In this document: in pieces, positions 9,926 through 17,854 of the stretch
Numbering within the stretch: position 1 is the first letter of the stretch
Layout: each line of letters begins with the position of its first letter
NCBI GenBank assembly: GCA_963820825.1
Contig: CAWGBN010000008.1
Span: 192,001-256,000, forward strand
Source of the DNA: Vulcanimicrobiota bacterium
GTDB taxonomy: Bacteria > Vulcanimicrobiota > Vulcanimicrobiia > Vulcanimicrobiales > Vulcanimicrobiaceae
Reading direction: 5' to 3'
DNA: 64,000 nucleotides
Translations under genes and position numbers: made by a program
Notes under the pieces: model-generated
What the model saw: only the letters and a program-made list of their open reading frames with translations
What the model was told of the DNA's origin: nothing
Database searches by the model: none

Positions 9926-10837
9926 TTACCGGCTTGTTATTGCGCCGGAATCGGCAAAGGCCGGGCGCCAGGCGCTCGCGGCCAAGAGCGACGAGACGAT
10001 CGCCCTCGTCGCCGGCGAGCGATTGAGCGTATAAAAATGAATTCCCGGAACGCCGGCCTGGAGCAACGCGAGTACCTGCATGGAAGCGTACGCGACGCCG
10101 AGATCTTCCACCGCCTTATCGTCTCCCTTGCGCGACTCCATCTCCACACGCAGTTTCGGCGGAATGCTCGCACCGCAGACGGCGACGAAACGCTCGATCT
10201 GGGCGAAGTTGGTGATCGGCATCAAACCGGGAAGAACCGGCACCTCGATCCCCGCGCTTCGCGCCCGCCGGGCAAACTCCAAGAAGTTGGCGTTATCGAA
10301 AAAGAGCTGCGAAACGAGAAAATCGGCGCCGGCATCGGCCTTCTGCTTGAGATGCAGCAAGTCGTCGTCGAGCGATGCCGCCTCGGGATGCTTCTCCGGA
10401 TAGCAAGCCGCGCCGATGCAGAAATCGTAGTTGCGGCGCAGCATCGAGATCAGTTCGCTCGCGTGCGCGAAGCCGCCCGGAGTCTGCACGAACGGTCTCC
10501 CCGTTGGAGGATCTCCGCGCAGCGCGAGCACGTTCTCGATGCCGGCACGCGCCAAGTCGTCGAAGAGCGCGCGCAGCTCGCCGCGATCGGCACCGATGCA
10601 AGTGACGTGCGCGACGACCGTCAGACCGATCTGCTGCTGAATCTCCTTCGCAAGTGCGACCGTGCGCGCTCGAGTCGAGCCGCCGGCACCGTAGGTGATC
10701 GAGACGAACGCGGGCCGCAGGGGCCGCAGCGCGGCGATCGTGGTAAAGAGCCGGCGCGAACCTTCGTCGTCTCGGGGCGGAAAGAACTCGAACGAGAAGA
10801 ACGGCCGCTGCGTCGCAAGCGCTTCACTAATGCGCAT
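9926..10837 (-). CDS. metF: 5,10-methylenetetrahydrofolate reductase
   Basis: FSFEFFPP, FVSITYGAGGS, LALRGDPP, YPEKHPE and IHFYTLN motifs; AAGGAG RBS before ATG 10837. Confidence 0.95.
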   Translation of the reverse strand: MRISEALATQRPFFSFEFFPPRDDEGSRRLFTTIAALRPLRPAFVSITYGAGGSTRARTVALAKEIQQQIGLTVVAHVTCIGADRGELRALFDDLARAGIENVLALRGDPPTGRPFVQTPGGFAHASELISMLRRNYDFCIGAACYPEKHPEAASLDDDLLHLKQKADAGADFLVSQLFFDNANFLEFARRARSAGIEVPVLPGLMPITNFAQIERFVAVCGASIPPKLRVEMESRKGDDKAVEDLGVAYASMQVLALLQAGVPGIHFYTLNRSPATRAIVSSLLAASAWRPAFADSGAITSR

Positions 10838-10848
10838 CGGCTCACTCC

Positions 10849-11502
10849 TTATCGGAAGCTTGCGGCAACGCCTCCGCAGAGCAGCGCCCAGCCGTCGACC
10901 ATGACGAAGAGCAGGAGCTTGACCGGCAACGAGACGACGGGCGGACTCAGCATCATCATGCCCAGCCCCATCAGCATTGCCGCAACCGCCAAGTCGATGG
11001 CAACGAACGGCAGATAGAGCGCGAATCCGATCGCAAAGGCACTGCGCAGCTCGCCGACGACGAAGGCGGGAACCACCACCACGATCGGCACCTGCCGCTG
11101 CCGTTCGGGCGGGCGGTGCGCGATGCGTTCGAAGATGGCGACGTCCGCGGCGCGAGTCTGGCGCAGCATGAAGGCGCGCAACGGGACGACCGTCCGGGCA
11201 ATCGCCTGCGACGGCGCGATCGTGCCCCGCGCGTAGGGAGCGAGTGCTTCGCGCTCGATTCGTTCTCCAGTCGGTGCCATGACGACGAACGTCAGGACGA
11301 GCGCGAGCCCGGTGAGAACGGCGTTGGGCGGCAATGCCGAGGCGCCGATCGCCGAACGCACCAGCGAGAGCACGACTACGATGCGGACGAACGAGGTGCA
11401 CGTCACCAGCAGCAGCGGCACGAGGGAGAGCATCGTGAGCGCGAGGAGCAGGTCGAGTGGGAGGGCCGCGTGTCGCGAAGCCGTTAGCAGCTCGAAAGGC
11501 AC
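10849..11502 (-). CDS. fliP: flagellar export protein FliP (short, no evident signal peptide)
   Basis: TSFVRIVVVLSLVR, PPNAVLTGLAL and MMMLSPPVVSLPVKLLLFVMVDGW motifs; GTG 11502 follows AAGGA. Confidence 0.92.
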   Translation of the reverse strand: MPFELLTASRHAALPLDLLLALTMLSLVPLLLVTCTSFVRIVVVLSLVRSAIGASALPPNAVLTGLALVLTFVVMAPTGERIEREALAPYARGTIAPSQAIARTVVPLRAFMLRQTRAADVAIFERIAHRPPERQRQVPIVVVVPAFVVGELRSAFAIGFALYLPFVAIDLAVAAMLMGLGMMMLSPPVVSLPVKLLLFVMVDGWALLCGGVAASFR

Positions 11503-11512
11503 GGAGAAATCC

Positions 11513-11779
11513 TTACAGCGCGAGCAACTCGGTGACGCGCAAGGCAAAACGCTCTTCGACCGCGACGATCTCACCGCGCGCGATCGGCCGGTCGTTGACG
11601 AGCAGCTCGACCGGCTGACTGATCGGGCGATCGAGTTCGACGATCGAGCCCGTACCGAGTCTCAGCACCTCGGCGACCGACATGCTGCAGGTGCCGAGCC
11701 GAACGCTGAGGTGCAGCGGCACGTGCATGAGCAAGCCGATGTTCTCGCGCGCGTCCGGCGGCTTCGCGTCTCCCGCCAT
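11513..11779 (-). CDS. fliN: flagellar C-ring protein FliN (SpoA domain)
   Basis: VPLHLSVRLG...LGTGSIVELDR...VNDRPIARGEIVAVEERFALRV. Confidence 0.9.
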   Translation of the reverse strand: MAGDAKPPDARENIGLLMHVPLHLSVRLGTCSMSVAEVLRLGTGSIVELDRPISQPVELLVNDRPIARGEIVAVEERFALRVTELLAL

Positions 11780-11785
11780 CGCCGA

Positions 11786-12568
11786 CTAGATCGCTTCGCG
11801 AACGGCGTCGACGAAGAACGCGAATCGTCCGTTGCGCGCGCCGCCGCTTCCACGCGCGATCCGCCGGCCATGTGCCGTCAGTTCTCCCCGCTGGAAGGCC
11901 GTGGGATCGATCGGCATCGTCGCTCCGACGGTCAGGCGGGTAATCGCTTCCGCTTGCGTCGTACCGAGATCGAGTGTCGCGCGAACCGGCAGCTCGACGG
12001 CGCTGAGGTGGGCGGCTTCGAGGCAGCCCCGCGTCTCGGGCGACGGATCGCGCGAGAGCGCGATGCCGATGCGCGCACGCACCGGCTCTTCGACCGAGAG
12101 CTCGAAGTAGGTGACAAAGCCGTCGATTGCGGCGGCGCGTTCGATCGCGCGGCCATCGCGCGTTCCGCAGACGGCGCTGAAGTTCGTTGCGATCCCGGCG
12201 ACGAGCCGATCCAACACGTCACATTCGATCGGCGAGAGCCCGCGCTCGACCGGTGCTGCCGGCGATTCGCCGAAGAGCGCCGACGCGAGCGCGCCGGCAT
12301 CGCAGGCGCGAAGGACGATCGCCGCATCGGCAACCTCACCGCGCACGCGATAGAGACGCGCATTGCAAAGAATCGCGCGCCACGCCTGCGGCGCAGGGAT
12401 GAGCGGCGCGAAGAGCCGCATGGCAACGGCTACGCCGAGCAGGGAGCTCAAGGTTTCGCGAACGCCGTTGGCTACGACGCATGCAGCGCTGATCGGTAAC
12501 GACGAACGCGTTTCGAATCGGGCTTCTTTCAAGCGTCTTCCGGAAGGGGGAAAGCCCAGCGACTTCAT
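11786..12568 (-). CDS. divergent FliM-like switch protein (C-terminal SpoA domain)
   Basis: RGLSPIE middle-domain motif; C-terminal LPVRATLDLG...IARGSGGARNGRFAF SpoA-like segment; positioned before fliN. Confidence 0.65.
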   Translation of the reverse strand: MKSLGFPPSGRRLKEARFETRSSLPISAACVVANGVRETLSSLLGVAVAMRLFAPLIPAPQAWRAILCNARLYRVRGEVADAAIVLRACDAGALASALFGESPAAPVERGLSPIECDVLDRLVAGIATNFSAVCGTRDGRAIERAAAIDGFVTYFELSVEEPVRARIGIALSRDPSPETRGCLEAAHLSAVELPVRATLDLGTTQAEAITRLTVGATMPIDPTAFQRGELTAHGRRIARGSGGARNGRFAFFVDAVREAI

Positions 12569-13287
12569 TTGAGCAGATCCATCGTGGTCTTGCCGAGGTG
12601 CACTTTGGCGGCTTCGGCGGCTTGCAAGGCATCGAAGGCCAAGTACGCTTCCTTCAATCGCACGAGGCTTTCGTCAACGTCGATCCGGCTGCGTTCGCGT
12701 CGCATCGGTACGAGCGATCCAAAGGTTGCGTCGCCGGCGAGCCCGACCTCGGCGCTGACGCCGGCCGGGGCGACGGACCGGCCGCCTTCGCTCGTCTGCA
12801 GACGCGTACCGGCGGGGAATCGCGCGAGTACGATTCGACCGGCGACGACGCGCTGCAGCTCTCTCGCTCCACTGCGCGGATCGACGATCTCCCGCCGGTA
12901 AGTTAGGCTGCCGTCGGCTTCGATCCCGACGTCGCGAACGCGCCCCAGTGCAACGTCGACCGGATCGACCGCGAGCTCGTCGAGTGCGCCGCCGGGCGCC
13001 CGTAGGCCGAGAATCGGAGTGCCGTTGCTGCCGACTAACCGTCCGCCGTGCAGCGCGAAGGACCCGTCGCGGGTGTACGATCGCTGCCCGCGTTCGTCGG
13101 CGGTGATAAAGTACGCGCCTTCGGGAGCGGCGACGGCGAGCGGCTCGAGCGTGAAATCGGAGAGAGGCGCGGGCGTGGCAACGTCGTCGTGCATCGGCAG
13201 CGCACCCGGCGTGTAGGCACGACGAACGTCGGCGGCGCGTTCGGCGATTCGATCGAGCGCGGCGCTCAGCGTCGAGTTCAGGAACAT
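12565..13287 (-). CDS. flagellar rod/hook family protein (FlgF/FlgG/FlgE-like, divergent)
   Basis: AYTPG N-terminus, SYTRDGSFAL..GRLVGSNGTPILG, and C-terminal ERSRIDVDESLV resembling LExSNVDxxxEM; 240 aa. Confidence 0.75.
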   Translation of the reverse strand: MFLNSTLSAALDRIAERAADVRRAYTPGALPMHDDVATPAPLSDFTLEPLAVAAPEGAYFITADERGQRSYTRDGSFALHGGRLVGSNGTPILGLRAPGGALDELAVDPVDVALGRVRDVGIEADGSLTYRREIVDPRSGARELQRVVAGRIVLARFPAGTRLQTSEGGRSVAPAGVSAEVGLAGDATFGSLVPMRRERSRIDVDESLVRLKEAYLAFDALQAAEAAKVHLGKTTMDLLK

Positions 13288-13877
13288 GCGACCGCTCCGA
13301 TCGCGCAGAACTCAACGCCTCGAGCCGCGAGCGCGATCCGCGCCTGCGAGAGCGCACGCGCGACGACGTTGCGGAGCTCCGGGCGGCAGATGGCGAGCAG
13401 CGTCGTTCGCCCAGCGCTCGTCTGCAAGATGACGTGGACGCGAGCGCTGCCGCGCCCGAGCGAAAACGTCGCCCTCTTCGGGTTGCCGCCGGATGCGCTG
13501 AATGCGCGCTCGATTCGTTCGGCGAGCCGTCCGCGGCCGGCGCTGCGGTGGAGCGGAGTTGCGCTCTCGCGGCCGGGAGCACTCGCGATACGCTTCGTTC
13601 TTATCGCAGGCGGCCGAAGGATCTCTGAATTGCGGCGCAACGATGGCGCCGCGTTTTCGCGCCGGGCCGCGAGCGGATGCGCGCGCGCGCTTGCGGCCGT
13701 CGGGACGGCTCTCGGTTTTGCCGATTGCGAAGCCATGCCCAGCGCCGAATACCACGCCTGTGAGAGCGCGCGCCGGTCGATCGCGCCCAGCGGCGCCGCC
13801 AAGATGCTGACCTCGAGCTGATGCGTCATCATGGAACCGATCATCGCAACGGCATATGAGCGACCGCTCAACGTCAC
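13278..13877 (-). CDS. hypothetical protein, possible FliK-like length-control protein
   Basis: Low-complexity linker followed by C-terminal ATFSLGRGSARVHVILQ...PELRNVVARALSQARIALAARGV, resembling the FliK/T3S4 fold; occupies the fliK slot; GTGA-coupled to fliI. Confidence 0.5.
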   Translation of the reverse strand: MTLSGRSYAVAMIGSMMTHQLEVSILAAPLGAIDRRALSQAWYSALGMASQSAKPRAVPTAASARAHPLAARRENAAPSLRRNSEILRPPAIRTKRIASAPGRESATPLHRSAGRGRLAERIERAFSASGGNPKRATFSLGRGSARVHVILQTSAGRTTLLAICRPELRNVVARALSQARIALAARGVEFCAIGAVACS

Positions 13878-14917
13878 GTTGCCGAGTTGAGAACGAGGAG
13901 CTCGGCGATCGCTCGCAACTCCGCGACGGTCTCGACATCAGCCGATGCGAGGCGGCTCTGGCGAAGGAAGGCTTCGACGCGGTTCTCCGCCGCGATCGCC
14001 GCCGCAATCGAACGACCCTGCGGAATGATGCCGAGTGAACGCGCATCCTCAACGCGATCGAGCGCCGCAATGGCTGCGCGCACGAGCATGGCATCGGTTT
14101 GGTGCGCTTCGCCGACGACCGCATCCATCGTGCGGCTCGCGCTGGCCGCAACGTCGACGGCCGGGAACCTTCCGGCGTCGGCGAGGCGCGCGCAGAGCGC
14201 GATATGTCCGTCCAAGAGCGAGCGCGCCGCCTCGCTCACCGGATCGCGTGCGTCGCCATCTTGAATCACCGTCGCAACGAGCGTGATCGAACCGCCGGAG
14301 AGTTCGCCGGCAACTTCTATGAGACGCGCCATCTCCGCGAAGACGCTGGGCGGATAGCCGCCGCGGCCCGCGCTCTCGCCGGCCGCGATCCCGATCTCGC
14401 GCAGCGCCGCTGCAAACCGTGCCAGACTGTCGAGGATGAGCAGCACGTGCAGTCCCCGTTCGCGCAGCGCGCCGGCATGTGCGAAAGCGACGTGAGCGGC
14501 CCGTACGCGTTCGTGCGCCCCGCGATCGCTGGTGGCGCAGACGACGGTCGTTCGCCGGTCGCAGCCTTCGATCCAAAGCTGTGCTTCGCGGCCGCGTTCA
14601 CCGACGAGCGCGACGACGACGGCATCCGCGGCACATCCCGCGACGATCGTTTCGATCAACGTCGTCTTTCCGGCACCCGGCGGCCCGAAGATGCCGACGC
14701 GCGCGCCGCGTCCGATCGTCAGCAACGCGTCGACGACGCGGATCCCGGTCCAGAGTGGTACGGCGATCGGCGCACGCTGCGCGGGCGCCGGAGGGTGAAG
14801 CTCGACGGCGACGGTGCGCCCCTGCAAGGGCTTACCGCCGTCGAGCGGCAGACCCCACGCATCGATCGCTCGTCCGAACGCACAGGTCCCTAAAGCAAGG
14901 CGGTGCGGCGCGGTCAC
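13874..14917 (-). CDS. fliI: flagellar export ATPase FliI (lacks N-terminal domain)
   Basis: GIFGPPGAGKTT, VGERGRE, LDSLARFA, GYPPSVF and RSLLDGHI motifs; 347 aa; GTG overlaps the fliH stop. Confidence 0.88.
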   Translation of the reverse strand: MTAPHRLALGTCAFGRAIDAWGLPLDGGKPLQGRTVAVELHPPAPAQRAPIAVPLWTGIRVVDALLTIGRGARVGIFGPPGAGKTTLIETIVAGCAADAVVVALVGERGREAQLWIEGCDRRTTVVCATSDRGAHERVRAAHVAFAHAGALRERGLHVLLILDSLARFAAALREIGIAAGESAGRGGYPPSVFAEMARLIEVAGELSGGSITLVATVIQDGDARDPVSEAARSLLDGHIALCARLADAGRFPAVDVAASASRTMDAVVGEAHQTDAMLVRAAIAALDRVEDARSLGIIPQGRSIAAAIAAENRVEAFLRQSRLASADVETVAELRAIAELLVLNSAT

Positions 14918-15387
14918 GCCAACGCGGCGAGCGCCGCGTCGAGGCGCGCGGAGAGCGTTACGTCGATCGTTCCGCTTCGCAACTGGAGCGCAACGTCGCC
15001 CCGCTCCAACGTGCGGTCGGCAACTCGTTCGAACTCAATCTCGTGCAGCGCGGCGAGGTCGTCGGGATGGACGCGGACCGCGAGCACGTTCTCGCATTCG
15101 AACCGATTGCAGGCCGCCGCGACGATCGCGCGGATCTCCACCGGCCGCAGCTCGAGCTCACGCGCGAGCACGTCGCGCGCGATGCGCGGTAAGAGCTCTT
15201 CGATAGCCGCTTCGAGCGCGTCGGCAAGAGCGGCGCGAAAGCGGCGCGCCGCGCGGATCGCCTCGTCCCGATCGGTCGCGTCGGGGACGGACGCCAGGCC
15301 GTCCCGTTGCGGCGACACCGGCTCGACTGCCGGATCGCTTGGCGTCGGACGCAAGAACGCTGCCAGCGGGACGAAGGGGCTAGACAT
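14914..15387 (-). CDS. fliH: FliH/SctL-like assembly protein (short)
   Basis: VRVHPDDL and DRTLERGDVALQLRSGTIDVTL C-terminal FliH motifs; ATG 15387 overlaps the fliF end. Confidence 0.75.
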   Translation of the reverse strand: MSSPFVPLAAFLRPTPSDPAVEPVSPQRDGLASVPDATDRDEAIRAARRFRAALADALEAAIEELLPRIARDVLARELELRPVEIRAIVAAACNRFECENVLAVRVHPDDLAALHEIEFERVADRTLERGDVALQLRSGTIDVTLSARLDAALAALA

Positions 15388-16852
15388 GCCGCCGTAGCAG
15401 TTCGTCGGGGTTCGAGAGCAGAGGCGTGTGCCGGCGCTGCATCCGGTTGACGATCGCTTCGCGCTCGTGCGGCGGATAGAGCTCGAGAACGGCCGTCGCC
15501 GTCGCCGCGGGCAGCGCGCTGATGATCGCCGCTGCGGCGTGCGGCGGCTCCTCTTCCAGCATGCTGCGTACGCGCGCCGGCGGGAAACCGGCGGCGGCCT
15601 TCGTCGCACGATCGACGGCCGCGCGCTCGACGAACGCCTGCACGAACGCAACTGCCGCCGGTAACGCAATCTTCGCGGCCGCAACGAATCCCGCGGCGAC
15701 GATGATCGCCGGAAAGAGCGCGACGAATGCACCGTAGATCAGCCACCGGATCCTTGCGCGCGCGACCGGCGCATGGCGAAAGGCAACGGCCTCGACGGCA
15801 AGCGTGTCGCCGCGCCGGGCGTCGTAACCGAGCGCGGCAGCGGCGAGTTCGCGCACTCTGGCCAGATCCAACTCGCGCGCGCGATCGACGAAGACCGCCG
15901 CCGAGAGCCGTTTTACTCCTCCGGGCGGCGCAATCGAAAGCGCCTCGCGCGTCTCGTCCCCGCGGTCTTCGGCCTCGTCGAGTTGACGGTATCGCTTCCC
16001 GTTTGCGTCATAGCTTTCGCTGCGGCGAGTCCGGACCACCGCCGTCCCGCTCCCGGGTGCGCGGGTCACGTCGCGTTGGGATCTTCGCGCGACCTCGTAT
16101 TCCGGGCGGACCCGCACGATTGCAGCTCCCTCACCGAACGCGGCATCGAGCGCCGATTGCAGCGATCGCTGCAGATCGGCCGGGTCGTCGCTCGTTGCGG
16201 GATCGTCGCCGAGTGCGACGCCGCGGTCGTCCAGAATTGCGACGCGTGCCGGTTCGAGTTGCGGAACGCTCGCCGCGACGAAGGACCGGATACCCGCAAT
16301 CGCCTGATGCGAGAGCCGCGCACCGGGATGCAGGCGCAACCGGACCGACGCAGTCGCATCCCTGCTCGATTCGTCGGCAAACTCCGCCGGCTTGGCCGGC
16401 GCGACGATGACTCGCGCGTCGTCGACGCCGTCGATACCGCGCAATCCGGCTTCGATATCGCCGGCAAGGCCGGCTCGCGTCTGCGCTTCGATGACGGCCT
16501 GCGGCGTGAGCGCACCGACGTTCGCCAGCGCCTCAACGGTACTCGATAGATGCGCGTGCGGAACGCCGGCCAGCGATAGGCGGAGTAAGAGATCGGCGCG
16601 ACGCCGAGCATCGACGACGACGTTATCGGTCGTCGGCGTAAACGGAACGTTCCACGCTGCGAGACGCTCCTCGACCTCCGTTCGCTGTTCGGGATAGAGC
16701 GGCGACGAGAAGAGCGCGACTCTCGTCTGATGTCCGAGGGCGAGCACAGCGATGGCAAGGACGCATGCGACGCAGAGCGCGCCACTGGTGACGTAGCGGA
16801 CGGCTCGCGGCAACGTATTCCAACGAGCGAGGAGCGGCAGTACGCCGTTCAT
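15380..16852 (-). CDS. fliF: MS-ring protein FliF with fused C-terminal FliG-middle-like domain
   Basis: N-terminal TM, LAGDIEAGLRGIDGVDDARV and ATASVRLRL (YscJ/FliF), VKRLSAAVFVD, GYDARRGDTL, second TM, then EEEPPHAAAAIISALP...AVLELYPPHEREAIVNRM. Confidence 0.82.
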   Translation of the reverse strand: MNGVLPLLARWNTLPRAVRYVTSGALCVACVLAIAVLALGHQTRVALFSSPLYPEQRTEVEERLAAWNVPFTPTTDNVVVDARRRADLLLRLSLAGVPHAHLSSTVEALANVGALTPQAVIEAQTRAGLAGDIEAGLRGIDGVDDARVIVAPAKPAEFADESSRDATASVRLRLHPGARLSHQAIAGIRSFVAASVPQLEPARVAILDDRGVALGDDPATSDDPADLQRSLQSALDAAFGEGAAIVRVRPEYEVARRSQRDVTRAPGSGTAVVRTRRSESYDANGKRYRQLDEAEDRGDETREALSIAPPGGVKRLSAAVFVDRARELDLARVRELAAAALGYDARRGDTLAVEAVAFRHAPVARARIRWLIYGAFVALFPAIIVAAGFVAAAKIALPAAVAFVQAFVERAAVDRATKAAAGFPPARVRSMLEEEPPHAAAAIISALPAATATAVLELYPPHEREAIVNRMQRRHTPLLSNPDELLRRHV

Positions 16853-16863
16853 CCGCCCGGTCC

Positions 16864-17127
16864 TTAGACTTGCATGTTCAAGACGGACTGCACGGATTGA
16901 ACGACCCGCTGCGCCGTCGAGGTCGCGATTGCGAGCGCGACGTCGGCCTGGGCGCGCTCGTAGACGGCGTCCTGCAGCGTTCCGTGGCCATAGGCGAAGC
17001 CTTCCTCGGCGCGGTTGGCGCCGGTCAGCAGAGCGTCGGCGGCGTCGAGCGCTCGGGCAAAATCGTCCGCTCCGACGGTTCGGGCCGCCGTCGCCGGAAC
17101 GTCGGGGACGAACGGTTCGACTCTCAC
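16864..17127 (-). CDS. fliE: flagellar hook-basal body protein FliE
   Basis: C-terminal AQADVALAIA...VQSVLNMQV pattern; 87 aa; between flgC and fliF. Confidence 0.85.
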   Translation of the reverse strand: MRVEPFVPDVPATAARTVGADDFARALDAADALLTGANRAEEGFAYGHGTLQDAVYERAQADVALAIATSTAQRVVQSVQSVLNMQV

Positions 17128-17453
17128 AGTCGCTCCAAGTCGAGCGTCTTTTCGGCCAGTCTCTTGCCGACGTCGAAGATCGAGGCATCCGACTCATACG
17201 CGCGCGACGCGTTCATCACGGCGATCATCTCGGTGAGGATGTCGACGTTTCTTCCGCTCTCGCTGCGCGTGCCGACGAAGTCGACGCGGGCGTCGTCGGG
17301 GTCGCCCTCGATGCGAAAGAGCGGAATCAATCGGGAATACTCGGCGTTCGGGCCTGCCGCCTCGGCGGCGGCGACGTTGCGAGCAGCCACGTCCAGCGCC
17401 GCTCGCTGCGCATCCATTCCGGCCGCCGCGGCGTCGAGCAGCTCGATCCTCAT
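17124..17453 (-). CDS. flgC: flagellar basal-body rod protein FlgC (short)
   Basis: AAAGMDAQRAALDVAARNVAAAE and NVDILTEMIAVMNASRAYE motifs; 109 aa. Confidence 0.85.
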   Translation of the reverse strand: MRIELLDAAAAGMDAQRAALDVAARNVAAAEAAGPNAEYSRLIPLFRIEGDPDDARVDFVGTRSESGRNVDILTEMIAVMNASRAYESDASIFDVGKRLAEKTLDLERL

Positions 17454-17668
17454 TTTGCGACCGCCTTAATCTCTGCAAAGCGAGCGCGTTGCGCGGAGAG
17501 CAGCGCCTCGGTGAAGATCGCAGCTTGCGCCGTCGCCGCAAGCGCAGCGTCGGCGGAGCGGCCGGCGTTCTCGCCCGCATTGGCTCGGGCAACCGCGGCC
17601 TGCGCATCGTTGAGACGCGTCCGGGACGCCAAGAGTGCATCGCGCAGGGTATCACCGACGTCAAACAT
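17450..17668 (-). CDS. putative minimal FlgB-like rod protein (72 aa)
   Basis: First gene of the operon, ATGA-coupled to flgC; two helices resembling FlgB N- and C-termini (…ALLSAQRARFAEIKAVAK). Confidence 0.55.
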   Translation of the reverse strand: MFDVGDTLRDALLASRTRLNDAQAAVARANAGENAGRSADAALAATAQAAIFTEALLSAQRARFAEIKAVAK

Positions 17669-17674
17669 GCGGAG

Positions 17675-17683
17675 AGTTTAGCA
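17675..17683 (-). promoter_or_regulatory. extended -10 element (TGC-TAAACT), putative leaderless promoter of the flagellar-type operon
   Basis: Minus strand reads TGCTAAACTctccgcATG, with no Shine-Dalgarno. Confidence 0.4.
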
Positions 17684-17827
17684 GCGCCGAGTGGCCGCCA
17701 GCCGTACCCGAGATGGACGCCATGTGACGTGAGAGGGCGATGAGGAACGAGTTAGCAAGCACTGATTCTGGGGTAAGAATCCTGTGAAACCGCTAGCGAG
17801 CGCCCTTATAGGCCGGTGCGGCTAGGC

Positions 17828-17833
17828 TATAAT
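17828..17833 (+). promoter_or_regulatory. -10 box TATAAT upstream of YXWGXW-repeat gene
   Basis: Perfect TATAAT in GC-rich DNA, followed by GGGAGG RBS and GTG at 17855. Confidence 0.5.
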
Positions 17834-17854
17834 ACTCTCGGAAAGGGAGGATCA

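Noticed and set aside
5866..17668. Classical non-flagellar injectisome
   Set aside because: It has flgC, fliE and rod-family genes in fla-operon order and no recognisable secretin, needle or translocon genes, so its ancestry is flagellar
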